From: Hydrolagus colliei
Taxonomy: Eukaryota
Assembly (NCBI GenBank): GCA_035084275.1
Contig: CM068747.1
Coordinates: forward strand, 2,914,001 to 2,978,000
Reading direction: 5' to 3'
Length of the DNA: 64,000 bases
The notes below the pieces were generated by a model that worked only from the letters and a program-made list of their open reading frames with translations, was not told where the DNA came from and searched no databases. The stretch's first letter is position 1, and each line of letters starts with the position of its first letter. Below are positions 26,601 through 36,244 of this stretch, piece by piece. The translations under genes and the position numbers were made by a program.

Positions 26601-29600
26601 GCAAAACACACGGATTATTTGTTGTTACTTTAAGTGCTGTGACTTGCATTCTAAGTAGCCTAAAACATATGGCTCGCAGCTTGCTGAGACGCCGCAGTGG
26701 TACATACAATCGTATGCAAGCCTTACTACACGTACAATTGTGGCTGGGGACTGGAGCGGCGGAGGGTGGGAGCTGAAGGGAGAGGGAGTGAGGAGGTGAA
26801 AGAAGAAGGTGTAAGAGAGTCCAAACGCATGGTGAAAGAGGCACATTTAGAGAGGTTGTTTGCAAGAGAGGAAGGAGGCTTCTGGGCACAGATCATTGGT
26901 AAACAACAATGGTTGTTAAACTATTCCAAAAATGCTTAAGAGAGCTGACACACGTTCCTACTTTCCATCCACAGAAGGCTCCATTGCACCCGGAACTACA
27001 TCCACATGCATCTGTTTGTCTCCTTCATGCTCAGAGCCATCAGTATTTTTGTCAAAGACAAAGTGATGCATTTTAACTTGGAGCAGGAAAGTGACTCCTT
27101 TACAGTGGAGGATCTGAAAGTGATGGTGACTGATAAGTCTCATTATGTAAGTACACGTGTTTGGATTCTGTCACTTTTGTACTTGATGCACGAAAAGTGT
27201 CACGACATATCAAAGCTGGATATGCTTGAATAAAGCTGATTCATATATAAATATCTGTATCCATAAGCAACGAGCATAAAGCAGAGACAATTTTCGAGTG
27301 CGTCTCAGTTAAAGTGTAGCAGTCGGCACAATTAATAAGCGTGATATTTTTATCTAATTAACATTTTGATCTATGACACGAGAAACTGGACATCAAATCG
27401 GTTTTCAGATTGCAGGGTAGTCCTACCTGCACAAAAACAATTTTCATCGAGAACGCATTTAGATACTGCACTTCAGTTGAACTCTTGCAAAACGGATGGA
27501 AGGAGGAAGATAGAAAACGTGATGCAAAGGTAATTTGCAGTTTTTAGTCAGATAGAAAAATATTGACATGTCGGCTAGCCGTGTATAGTTTGCATTGGAA
27601 GCCTTTTGGGAAACAAAAGAAAATTCCAGTTCTGATAGAAATGGTGGCAATAATCTTTCCATCTGATGTAGCGCTTGGCAAGTTAGGGAGTCTACCTCAA
27701 AGAGTTTCACAGAATTTACCGTGATTTTAAGTGACTGTATTTTGTACACAAACAGCCAAGAAGTAGATGACCAATTTTATCAGGGGGATTGTTAGACAGC
27801 AGTGAACTGATTTCAACCAGCACAACAGATTGGACAGTTACAGTTGTCCTCAGCATCTCTGAGGTATAAGCAGAATACAACAAAAACTGCTGGAGTTTCT
27901 GCTACTGATGGTTGATGTTCGACGGTGACAGGATACGCTTGGATGCGTTTCCTTCAGTCATCGACTGCCGTGCCGACACACTCACTGTCAATGCTCTTAC
28001 ATGAGTTATGGGATAGGTACCTTGAGGTACCTGGTGTCTATTATACTGTACCTCAGCTGCAGGAAAAAATGAGTGAAATGTCTTCTTTTTAGGGAGGGGA
28101 CACAACGTTAAAAAAAAAATCGGAAAGAAAATTGTTACAGAAATAAATTTACATTTATGTCCTGCCATATGTTCATCACCCAATTCATACCTCTATTAGT
28201 GAGTAACCACTACCCCCTGTACCCCCCCCGGGCTTTTACATTCCTTCCTGTACCTTCTCCCACTTCCATCTTCAAAACCTGTCCAAAGACCTACCTCTTT
28301 GAACATATTTTCGGCCACCTTTCCCTATCCACCTGCGATCCCCTCTTCCCAACTACCACTAGATACACGAATCCATAGAAACACATGGATTATTCATCTA
28401 TCTTACGTCGGGGATAATTTAAACTAAGACTGTTTAGAGCAGCTCACAAACTGAGCATTCAAGTCACATAACACACTGTTATTTGTAGCTAATCATTAGG
28501 AAAACCTGAGGTCTTATTCAAACTATTACCTTAATGATCAAATACCTTCAGAAGATATCCAAGTGGAGTCTTTCTAAAGCTATTAAATGTTTTAACGGTA
28601 CACACAATTATGTCTCTGGGTTTCCAATCATCATTCATTGAAGTGGTCTTTGTAAATTACTAAGCAAAGCATTAATATATTAATATATATTACGAGACAG
28701 CTCGTAATATATTCCTAAAATAGTCTGGTGGTAACTCATCACTGGTACAGACATGTTCCTAGTGATATATTATGTATACAGTATTGGAAAAAGATTGTTT
28801 TTGAGTTTGTTAGGTGAACATGGCAGCCAATTTGCGCTCAGAAATGCCTCACAAACATTCATGAAGTGAATGACCATTTTTTTGAATCTGAGAATCATTG
28901 GCCAAGACACCAGAAGAAACCTTCTTCTCTTTTTCAATAGTTAGTTCCATGGGATCATTAAGTGTTTATCTAAACAAACAACATCTCCAACAATAAAGCG
29001 CTTCTCAAGAACTACAGTTGCGTCTCAGTCTAGACTAGTGGTTCAAAGAGCTGATTTGTGAATACCGTATACAAATTTATGACTCAAATGAAACCTTGCT
29101 GAACACCTGAAACAGGAGCAGAGTCGTGGACCTGAAACATTGACTCACTTTCATTTCTCTCCAGGTGCTGGCTGACCTGCTGAGTATTCTTAACGATTTC
29201 CGTTTTGGTTTCAGACTTCCAGCAACTGTAGTACTGTATTTTGGGTTTTGTGCTATCACCTAAGCAGGCTGACATCTCTTTGATGTTAAATTGACTGTTA
29301 CTTAACTGCTAACTTCGAGCTTGGGAATGAAGCAATTTAAAATTTTACGTTAGTTCGTTGGTGATAGAATTACAGTATTGACACTTCTCCCAAGAACACA
29401 ATGATGTTGAAGCTTCCATCTACTTTCATTAACCTTTGATGGATTTTTGTTTGAAAATGGACCGGTTTTCTGGTCTTGTCTAATTATTTACCAAGTCGTT
29501 TGTCACAACAGCAATTGAGGCATAAACTCACGGAGGTAAAAGCAATTTTAATGCAGTTATGTTTATTGTGGAATAGGTGGGATGTAAGATTGCGGTCATG

Positions 29601-32600
29601 CTGTTTCTGTATTTCCTGGCCACAAACTACTACTGGATCCTTGTGGAAGGCCTTTACCTGCACTGCCTTATACTGATGGCTTTTCTCTCGGACAGGAAGT
29701 ACCTGTGGGGGTTCACTCTCCTAGGATGGGGTAAGGCAACAACTTGACACATACACAGTAGCTTTCAAATAGGAAAACGTCTTGAAGGGTTTGCAGAGAT
29801 CGAGCCTGAACACGGGGTGAAAGATACAATACAATTTTTCTTTTCTATAGTGCCTTTCAAGTTAGGAGCACCTCCCATAGTGCTAGACTCGAGGGTTGGA
29901 GGGGAATAGAAGATAGGAGGCACTAAAACCATCCCTCGCAAATGGTGGCCATTAATAATCCAAACACAAGAGATCATCACTGGCAAATGTAGCTATGCTT
30001 GTGGAATATACTGCACATGAAAAATAATATGCGTAAGTCCCATTCAGAATCCAAAGCTGACATAACAACAGTGCCTTCCTGGCATCTGTTTTACGCCATG
30101 CCAATGAAATCCTCAATCCACACAAATGCCCTCAACAACACACAATCTGCACATACTTCAAGATCATTTGCAGGATTATACTGAAGCCTGTTGCACAGAC
30201 AATGTAAGGGTAAGATTAGTGGCGTAGAGTAGTGAAAATGACCACAGACCCGAATACAAATGAATTCTATTTCTATTCCAGGAGTTCCAGCGATCTTTCT
30301 GGTAGCTTGGGCCATTGTTAGAGCAAAGTTGGCTGATGAAAGGTGAGACAAATGGTTTTCTTTTATGAGAAACTATTTTAAAATCCTCCTTTATTTTTTT
30401 TTTAAAAGTACCTCTCAATACATTTCCAACAATTATCCTACAAAATACCCAGTAAAACCTGTGAAGCGCTTTGAGATTTCCTCCTGATGTGTGAAAGTAA
30501 GGATTATTATTGTTAATGCTTTAGTACAACAATTCTATCACCTGCTCCGGAACGATTTGACTATCTACAGCGTTGCTTTCTTCCACTGAGGGCAACATCA
30601 GCTCCTCTTCTTACAATGTATAGGCTTCAGAGCGCAAGTCCGAGTCTGAAGGTATAAATCTGTGCTGCTAGAAGCTCCTTTTTGTTTAGAATGGCACTGT
30701 GTTCACAGTATGCCCTAACCATTAATATCGCAAACTTTCGACGTGTCGCAAGACTCAGTTCATGTTCGTGATCGGTTTGAGTGCAAGCTAATGCTCTGAG
30801 ATCACACTCCGTAAAAATACTTCAAAATGCAAAATTAGGATTTCCATGTGTTTATTATATGCCTCTTGTTCCTTTTGAATGTGGCAGCTCACAAAATGCA
30901 CACACTCGCATATTGTTCTGAACTTTAGCGGGTGACTCTCCATCTCTCGAAGCCAGTCAGGAACCTGGGTGTCTCGTTTGACCCTGAACTGTCCTTCCTC
31001 GCCCACATCCACGCCACGACCAGTACTGTCTTCCACCACCTCCGCAACATTGCCAGACTCCGCCACTGCCTCACCCCTCAGACCACCGAAACCCTTGTCC
31101 ACCTATTCGTCACATCAAGGCTCGCTATGGAAACTCCCTCCTCGTCGGCCTTCCTGGTTCTTCCCTTCACAAGCTGCAGATCATCCAGAACTCTGCCGCT
31201 CGTGTCCTCTCCCGCACCAAGCTCTGTGACACCATCACTCCCTCCCTTGCCAGGCTCCATTGGCTCCCCATCCACCAGAGGATTGAATTCAAAATTCCAG
31301 TCCTCACTTTCAATGCCATTCACGGCCTTTCCCCCTCCTATCTCTCCGACCTGCTGTATCCCTATGAACCTGCCCGCCCCCTCTGTTCAGCGGGCTCCGG
31401 TCTGCTCCATGTCCCCTGCCTGAACCGCCCTATCATCGGTAGACGGACTTTCAGCCTCTCTGTCCCCACACTCTGAAACTCCATCCCACAATCCCTCTGC
31501 CTCGCTTCCTGCCTTGCCTCCTTCGAGGCCGGTCTCAAGACCCCCCTCTTCAATCATGCCTTCTGCTGCCCTCTCAACTCTCTCCCTCCCCTCCTAACTC
31601 TCTCCCTCCCCTCCTAACTCTCTCCCTCCCCTCTACCCTGTTCCTCCCCCTTGCTCGGTCCTGACCTGATTGTTCAGCACCTTGGGACATCCTCCCAACG
31701 TGAAAGGCGCACTATAAATGTAATTTTGTTGTTGTTGTTGTAACAGTGCAGTTGCCCTCAGTGGTAGAAAGCTCCAATGCAGTAACGTCAAATCCTTCCA
31801 GAGAAGAATACTGAATTGTTATAATAAAATATGAATACTTTTGGGGGAAATCAGGTTTCAGCTGCCTGGGGTCAGAGTAGGTCAATCACTAGATCTGAAC
31901 ACTCTCCGAACTCTGGTTCCAAGGACTTCTGTTTCTATGTTTTGATGTGGCTTCATATAGACTGATGCAGGCAATTTGTAGCTTCTGGCATATTATTGTG
32001 TCTATAAATAATAATAATCCTTGCATTTGATATAGCGCTTTTCACATCTTAGCGACATCCCAAAGCTCTTCACAGAATATACTGTAAAGTGAATTGACTG
32101 TATATATTTGTGGGCGAAACGCGGCAGCCAATTGCGCACAGCAGCGTCCCACAAACAGTCGTGGATTGAAATGACCAATTTTATTATGTTTTTTTGGGGG
32201 AGGGATTATTATTAGGCGTGTGGAGTAAGGAAACTTGCCCAAGGTTTCGCCCTGACCTGCCTGGATTCGAACACAGATCTCCCCAGCTTGCAAGACAAAT
32301 GCGCTAACCACTTAGCCACAGGAGCTCCACTAATGTCTCCATCGCATGTAGCTTTGCTTTTACTGCTCGTTCTGCTTTAGCTTTTAAACATGACCAGGTG
32401 ATTTACTGCTCCTTACCTTTCATGCTTAATATAGACTTATGCTGGCAATTTGTAGGTTTTAACATGTGATTTTGACTGATTTTCATCTCCAGCATGGCTA
32501 CTTTAGCCTTTATAAATTGGCAGCCAGCCCAAATACTGTCAGATCAATCTTATCCGGCATCTAAAGAGCTGCAGGCTCTTTAGATGCCGGCATGCAAACA

Positions 32601-35600
32601 AAACTGCTTTCAGTGATTTGCTTAGAAGTGATATCAATTGGATTCAAGCAAGGACCTTATTTAAATAATGGGAGAAGCACCCATAGATTGTCGGCTACTT
32701 CATTAAAAACAGTCAGGAACTATCAGAAAGTGTGGATCAAAAGAAATTGGGCCTCAACAGACTACGTGTATTAAATATGCTTTTCTTTCCCTCTTCAAAG
32801 ATGCTGGGATTTAAACGTGGGCAATTTTAACTGGATTTATCAAACACCAATTCTTTTGGCTATTGTGGTAAGTCTTCCCTGAATTCATTGAGAAAGGGAG
32901 AATCGTGCGAGGGTAGCAATGCTTTAAATAAATGAAACACGGAGGTTGCGTGAAAGCGCAAAATTGTGTTGCTGAAAAGCGATTTCTGACTCGCTGCAAA
33001 ACTTGTCTCAGCTTTTATCTAATTTTTCAGGTCAGTTTTCTCTCATTTTCAGGTCAATTTCATGTTGTTTGTAAACATCGTTCGAGTTCTGGCTACTAAG
33101 CTACGTGAGACAAATGCTGGGCGATACGATACAAGGAAACAGTACAGGTAACAGAACTAAATATCCTTAACGTATAAGCAATGAAGGCTAGAATCCTAGC
33201 ATGTCCACCAAAAACGCGATGCCCATGTTGTTCCTTTCTGAACAATATATTGGTATTGTAGCAAAATATCTTCACAGTAATTACATTGCATTTGACAATC
33301 TCATAACACTTTTCACATCAGAATATTAAGACATGCCGTTTAACTGCATTTTTGGTATGCAATATTTAAAAAAGAGCCTTTTAATAGTTTAACGTGAAAC
33401 AGAAGATAAAAATTTAAGAATACCTAGATTTTGGGATGAAGTTTCTCTATACATATCAGCACCCCATTACTCACCCTGATAGAAATATAGACTTGTATCA
33501 TATTCCCATCCAGTGCCTTGGGATGTCCTCCCGGTGCGAAATGCGCTCTACAAATGTCATTTTGTTGTTGCTGTTGTTGTTATGTGCCACGGTCCATTTT
33601 GTTCCAAACAAATCAACGTTGGCTGATAAGTATCATCAAAAAACATTCCAATGTAGAGAAATGTCTGTGCTGTTCTTTTCTCTTGAAGGAAACTGGCAAA
33701 ATCTACCCTGGTTCTTGTGTTTGTGTTTGGAGTACACTACATTGTGTTCGTAGGCATACCCCATACCTTCACTGGGCTGGCATGGGAAATCCGCATGCAC
33801 TTTGAACTTTTCTTTAATTCTTTTCAGGTAAGGCTACATTATTTTTTCGTAACTTTCAAATAAAACAGCAGGATTCTTCATTAGCTTCATTGGTCAAAGT
33901 GCTGCTGCCCCATGTTGAGACACAAAGACCCAGGAAGGTTGGAAATTTATCTCAGAGATCGCTGGGAACACTCAGTAGGTCAGGCGGCATCTATGGAGAA
34001 AGGAAAGTGAGTCAACGTTTTGGGTCCACGACCCTTCGTCAGAACCCTGGAAAACTTGTTGAGTTTTTTTTTCGGTCGTGGAACTGAAACGTTGACTCGC
34101 TTTCCTTTCTCCATTGACGCTGGCTGACCTACTGAGTGTTCCCAGTGACTTCTGTTTCGTTTCAGATTTCCAGCATCTGCAGTATTTTGTGTTTTCAAAT
34201 GCAATGAAAATGTTATTCAGCCAGATTCACAAATGTTGAGATAATTTGCGGCTCAATTCCTGGTACATTTTGCTCAGACTTGGGATCTATGTTACCTTTG
34301 TGTTACACTGTGATTGATGCTGTGGATTAATTTTTTTGCTGAGCTGACCAGATTCTAATACCGTAGTCTGAATCCTTATGGACATTTCTGCTCTTTGCAG
34401 GGATTTTTTGTTGCAGTCATATACTGTTTCTGCAATGGAGAGGTAAGCTCACCTAATTCTATTCAAAAAGTACGGATTGAAGTGCTCATATTGTACCCAA
34501 CAAGAGATTTTGTTTTATCCATTAACATAAAGCAAAATAGTCTGAGTGCAGCCCTGTGCTTGAAATGATTGTGCTATTGATATTGTGCCCATTGGATTTA
34601 ATGCCTGGAGATCTCATGACCTGACTTGGTTGAGTTGGGCTCCATCTCCTCTTGTTACCACTTATAGTTTTTAACCTCACTCGTTTCTGTTCTTCATATT
34701 GCAACACGTATTTCAATTCAGACCACGTTTCACATTGGTCTGGGGATATGGGGGAATCAATTCTGCAGTTGTAAAAATATAAGTTCAGCATTGATCCTGT
34801 CTCTATTGGGAATAATTCTGCATTTGCCAGCATAAGTACCTGAGCAAACTGGCTCACACTCGCACAACAAGCACCATGTGGGATTGGTTGGACACAGAGC
34901 TGTTGCCTCCGCATTCTCTCTTGAAAGTTCCTCAGGAGTGAATAGAATAATCAGCAGGGAATGTCAGGTCTTCCCTGACTTGATTCATTCCTTTTCCTTT
35001 CACCTCCTGTTTCATTTCTCTCTCCTTGAACTATAACTGGAGAACTATATCCCAGTCTCCAAAGGCTCACATAGGGGACATCAAAGACACCAATTTGCCA
35101 AGTGGGTCCCCTGGCGGCAGAAGTATATCAAATACCAAACTCAACACACACATTTTACGGTGACATACACATTTGACTCCTGTTCTAGTTGCTCTATCTC
35201 CCCCTTCCCCCTCTACACCATCACATACAGTACTTTATTTGATCAGCACTTTAGGACGTGCTCCCGACGTGAAAGGCGCTATACAAGTGCAATTTTGTTA
35301 TTGTTGTGCAGTGCACACAATGTTGTAGTGGAGAGAAACATGGCTTAGAAATAAACTCTGGAATAGTTGACGACTGAGAAGAATAAAACCTTCAAGGGCG
35401 AGGGTGGAGTATGAATCCAAAGAGCAAAATAAGTGAATGTTGAATCAAAATCAGATTGGGGAGGAGGTCACGCATCATTAAGGCAAGTCTGAGATTAGTG
35501 ACTGCCAGAATTACGTAGAGTATAATAAACACCAGTGTCCAACCGTGAAAATAAAGCATTAAAGACAAACGGAAGCAAATGGCCTTAGGAAAACCTGCCA

Positions 35601-36218
35601 AAAACCAGCAATAATTTATCCATTATAATGTAAAATAGACATTTGTCTTTGTAATCACTCTGAAACAGCACAACTTTTTTTTTAGAAAAAATTCAGTGCC
35701 AAACATTTCCTTTGAAACATTTCCAGTCTGCACTTCAAGCTGATCAAATGAATTTCATGGCACTGTGAGAGGCAAAGCAGGATTTGTTACAGTACGGGAA
35801 TAATGAACAGATGATGTGCCTTGATGCAATTTGCCTACCGCAGGTTCAGACAGAGATCAAAAAGACATGGACAAGGTGGAGCCTTTCTGTTGATTGGAAC
35901 GGAAAGACCAGCTGTGGGAGTTACCGCTACGCCTCGGTGTTAACCAACATAACCAACAGCAGCAGCACCAGCCAGGCACACGGGAATGGCCGAATGCCGC
36001 TAATGCCGCGCAAAACACTTAAAAACGGCGCGAAGAGGGAAAGTGGGCACTTAACGTTACCCGGGTACGTGAGGAGCAACTCCGACCCAGACAGTGTCCC
36101 GCCGTCTGTCCCTGAAGAAAATAAAAGTGAAGAAAACGCAGCCGATGTAATTTACCTGAAAGAGTCTTCGAGGCCGATGCTCGAGGAAGACGTGGAAGAG
36201 CGCGAAGATACAGTGTAA
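17562..36218 (+). CDS. PTH2R: Parathyroid hormone 2 receptor, whole spliced CDS span (13 coding exons, 532 aa)
   Basis: Exons of 66, 100, 111, 122, 95, 172, 154, 61, 67, 95, 139, 42 and 375 nt join in frame with GT-AG introns. Class B1 motifs include [40 protein letters not shown] and [12 protein letters not shown]2R rather than PTH1R because there is no E2 exon and the C-tail is PTH2R-type ([31 protein letters not shown]). Confidence 0.93.
19120..19212 (-). mobile_element. Penelope terminal-repeat derivative with decayed hammerhead (intron 1)
   Basis: Minus strand reads CTGACGAAGGGTGGTGGATCCCAAAGGTTGAC; GAAA box mutated. Confidence 0.75.
19508..19807 (-). mobile_element. tRNA-Deu SINE (intron 1)
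   Basis: Head and tail both recognisable. Confidence 0.78.
20785..21088 (+). mobile_element. tRNA-Deu SINE (intron 1)
   Basis: Near full-length copy. Confidence 0.85.
21187..21610 (+). mobile_element. tRNA-Deu SINE, long variant, with a different retroposon tail nested at 21495-21580
   Basis: SINE tail interrupted by ggctcggccccgggatc...ggcgtggagggcgctatataaatc(ttg)n. Confidence 0.75.
23345..23528 (+). mobile_element. L2 3' UTR/tail abutting the exon 2 acceptor
   Basis: ctcttcgaccatgc...gccttgggacatgctccagacgtgagaggcgc...(ttg)n. Confidence 0.75.
23541..23640 (+). CDS. PTH2R: PTH2R exon 2 ([33 protein letters not shown])
   Basis: ttttcag| acceptor, G|gtacaa donor; N-terminal ECD helix of PTH receptors. 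Confidence 0.92.
24138..24432 (-). mobile_element. tRNA-Deu SINE (intron 2)
   Basis: Head and tail present, with an internal deletion. Confidence 0.85.
24795..25090 (+). mobile_element. tRNA-Deu SINE (intron 2)
   Basis: Full head and tail. Confidence 0.83.
25152..25262 (+). CDS. PTH2R: PTH2R exon 3 ([37 protein letters not shown])
   Basis: T9-A7-G acceptor, G|gtgagt donor; hormone-binding domain cysteines. Confidence 0.95.
25368..25489 (+). CDS. PTH2R: PTH2R exon 4 ([41 protein letters not shown])
   Basis: ttccag| acceptor, |gtaaag donor; [10 protein letters not shown] motif. Confidence 0.93.
25800..25894 (+). CDS. PTH2R: PTH2R exon 5, TM1 ([32 protein letters not shown])
   Basis: caatag| acceptor, AA|gtgagt donor; not in the ORF track, translated by hand. 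Confidence 0.94.
26021..26090. repeat. 14-bp minisatellite (ggttctctcaatga) x5
   Basis: Three perfect units and two with one mismatch each. Confidence 0.95.
26091..26375 (+). mobile_element. Internally deleted L2 fragment with tail (intron 5)
   Basis: gctgaaaccctcatccatgcc...ccagaactctg joined directly to the 3' tail. Confidence 0.75.
26376..26453 (+). pseudogene. Decayed copy of a class B GPCR TM6 exon (KSTLV..FGIHYI) in PTH2R intron 5
   Basis: Two blocks match exon 11 at 13/15 and 17/20 nt, separated by an in-frame 6-nt deletion. Confidence 0.5.
26975..27146 (+). CDS. PTH2R: PTH2R exon 6, TM2/ECL1 ([29 protein letters not shown]...DKSHY)
   Basis: ccacag| acceptor, |gtaagt donor. Confidence 0.96.
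28812..29040 (-). mobile_element. Ancient DeuSINE (SacSINE1/AmnSINE1-like) remnant; related remnants at about 40635-40830 and 60420-60585
   Basis: ggcagccaatttgcgc...ttggccaagacacc...ccatgggatc; the other copies show ggcacctccgacaatg...gctagcaactgagcca. Confidence 0.55.
29120..29250 (+). mobile_element. Penelope terminal-repeat derivative (intron 6)
   Basis: gtcgtggacctgaaacattgactcacttt...ctgacctgctgagt...gtttcagacttccagca; CUGAnGA box absent. Confidence 0.75.
29577..29730 (+). CDS. PTH2R: PTH2R exon 7, TM3-TM4 ([51 protein letters not shown])
   Basis: gaatag| acceptor, G|gtaagg donor. Confidence 0.96.
30282..30342 (+). CDS. PTH2R: PTH2R exon 8 ([21 protein letters not shown])
   Basis: ttccag| acceptor, AG|gtgaga donor, 61 nt. 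Confidence 0.95.
30935..31740 (+). mobile_element. L2 LINE 3' fragment (intron 8)
   Basis: [14 protein letters not shown]...; highly similar to 885-1605; full tail present. Confidence 0.92.
31571..31633. repeat. 20-bp tandem repeat (ctcctaactctctccctccc) x3 in an L2 3' UTR
   Basis: Directly visible. Confidence 0.9.
32008..32329 (-). mobile_element. tRNA-Deu SINE, full length (intron 8)
   Basis: Near-consensus copy. Confidence 0.88.
32554..32590. repeat. Perfect 16-bp inverted repeat with 5-nt loop
   Basis: CCGGCATCTAAAGAGC tgcag GCTCTTTAGATGCCGG. Confidence 0.95.
32801..32867 (+). CDS. PTH2R: PTH2R exon 9 ([22 protein letters not shown])
   Basis: tcaaag| acceptor, |gtaagt donor, 67 nt. 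Confidence 0.95.
33053..33147 (+). CDS. PTH2R: PTH2R exon 10 ([32 protein letters not shown])
   Basis: tttcag| acceptor, AG|gtaaca donor, 95 nt. Confidence 0.95.
33689..33827 (+). CDS. PTH2R: PTH2R exon 11, TM6-TM7 ([46 protein letters not shown])
   Basis: ttgaag| acceptor, CAG|gtaagg donor, 139 nt. Confidence 0.96.
33955..34197. mobile_element. Inverted pair of Penelope terminal-repeat derivatives (intron 11)
   Basis: 33955-34047 (-) and 34072-34197 (+) are reverse-complementary over about 75 bp. Confidence 0.8.
34401..34442 (+). CDS. PTH2R: PTH2R exon 12 ([14 protein letters not shown])
   Basis: ttgcag| acceptor, |gtaagc donor; canonical 42-nt class B TM7 exon. Confidence 0.96.
35844..36218 (+). 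CDS. PTH2R: PTH2R exon 13, C-terminal tail ([12 protein letters not shown]...EEREDTV*)
   Basis: ccgcag| acceptor; stop TAA at 36216-36218. Confidence 0.95.
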   Translation, partial: VQTEIKKTWTRWSLSVDWNGKTSCGSYRYASVLTNITNSSSTSQAHGNGRMPLMPRKTLKNGAKRESGHLTLPGYVRSNSDPDSVPPSVPEENKSEENAADVIYLKESSRPMLEEDVEEREDTV

Positions 36219-36244
36219 GATACGTCTTAATGACAATAACGCAA

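Noticed and set aside
31673-31692. REST/RE1 site ttcagcaccttgggaca
   Set aside because: Wrong half-site spacing, and it is a generic part of the L2 tail.
17562-36218. Assignment as PTH1R or PTH3R
   Set aside because: No E2 exon, and TM1, TM6-7 and the C-tail match PTH2R best; phylogeny would be decisive.
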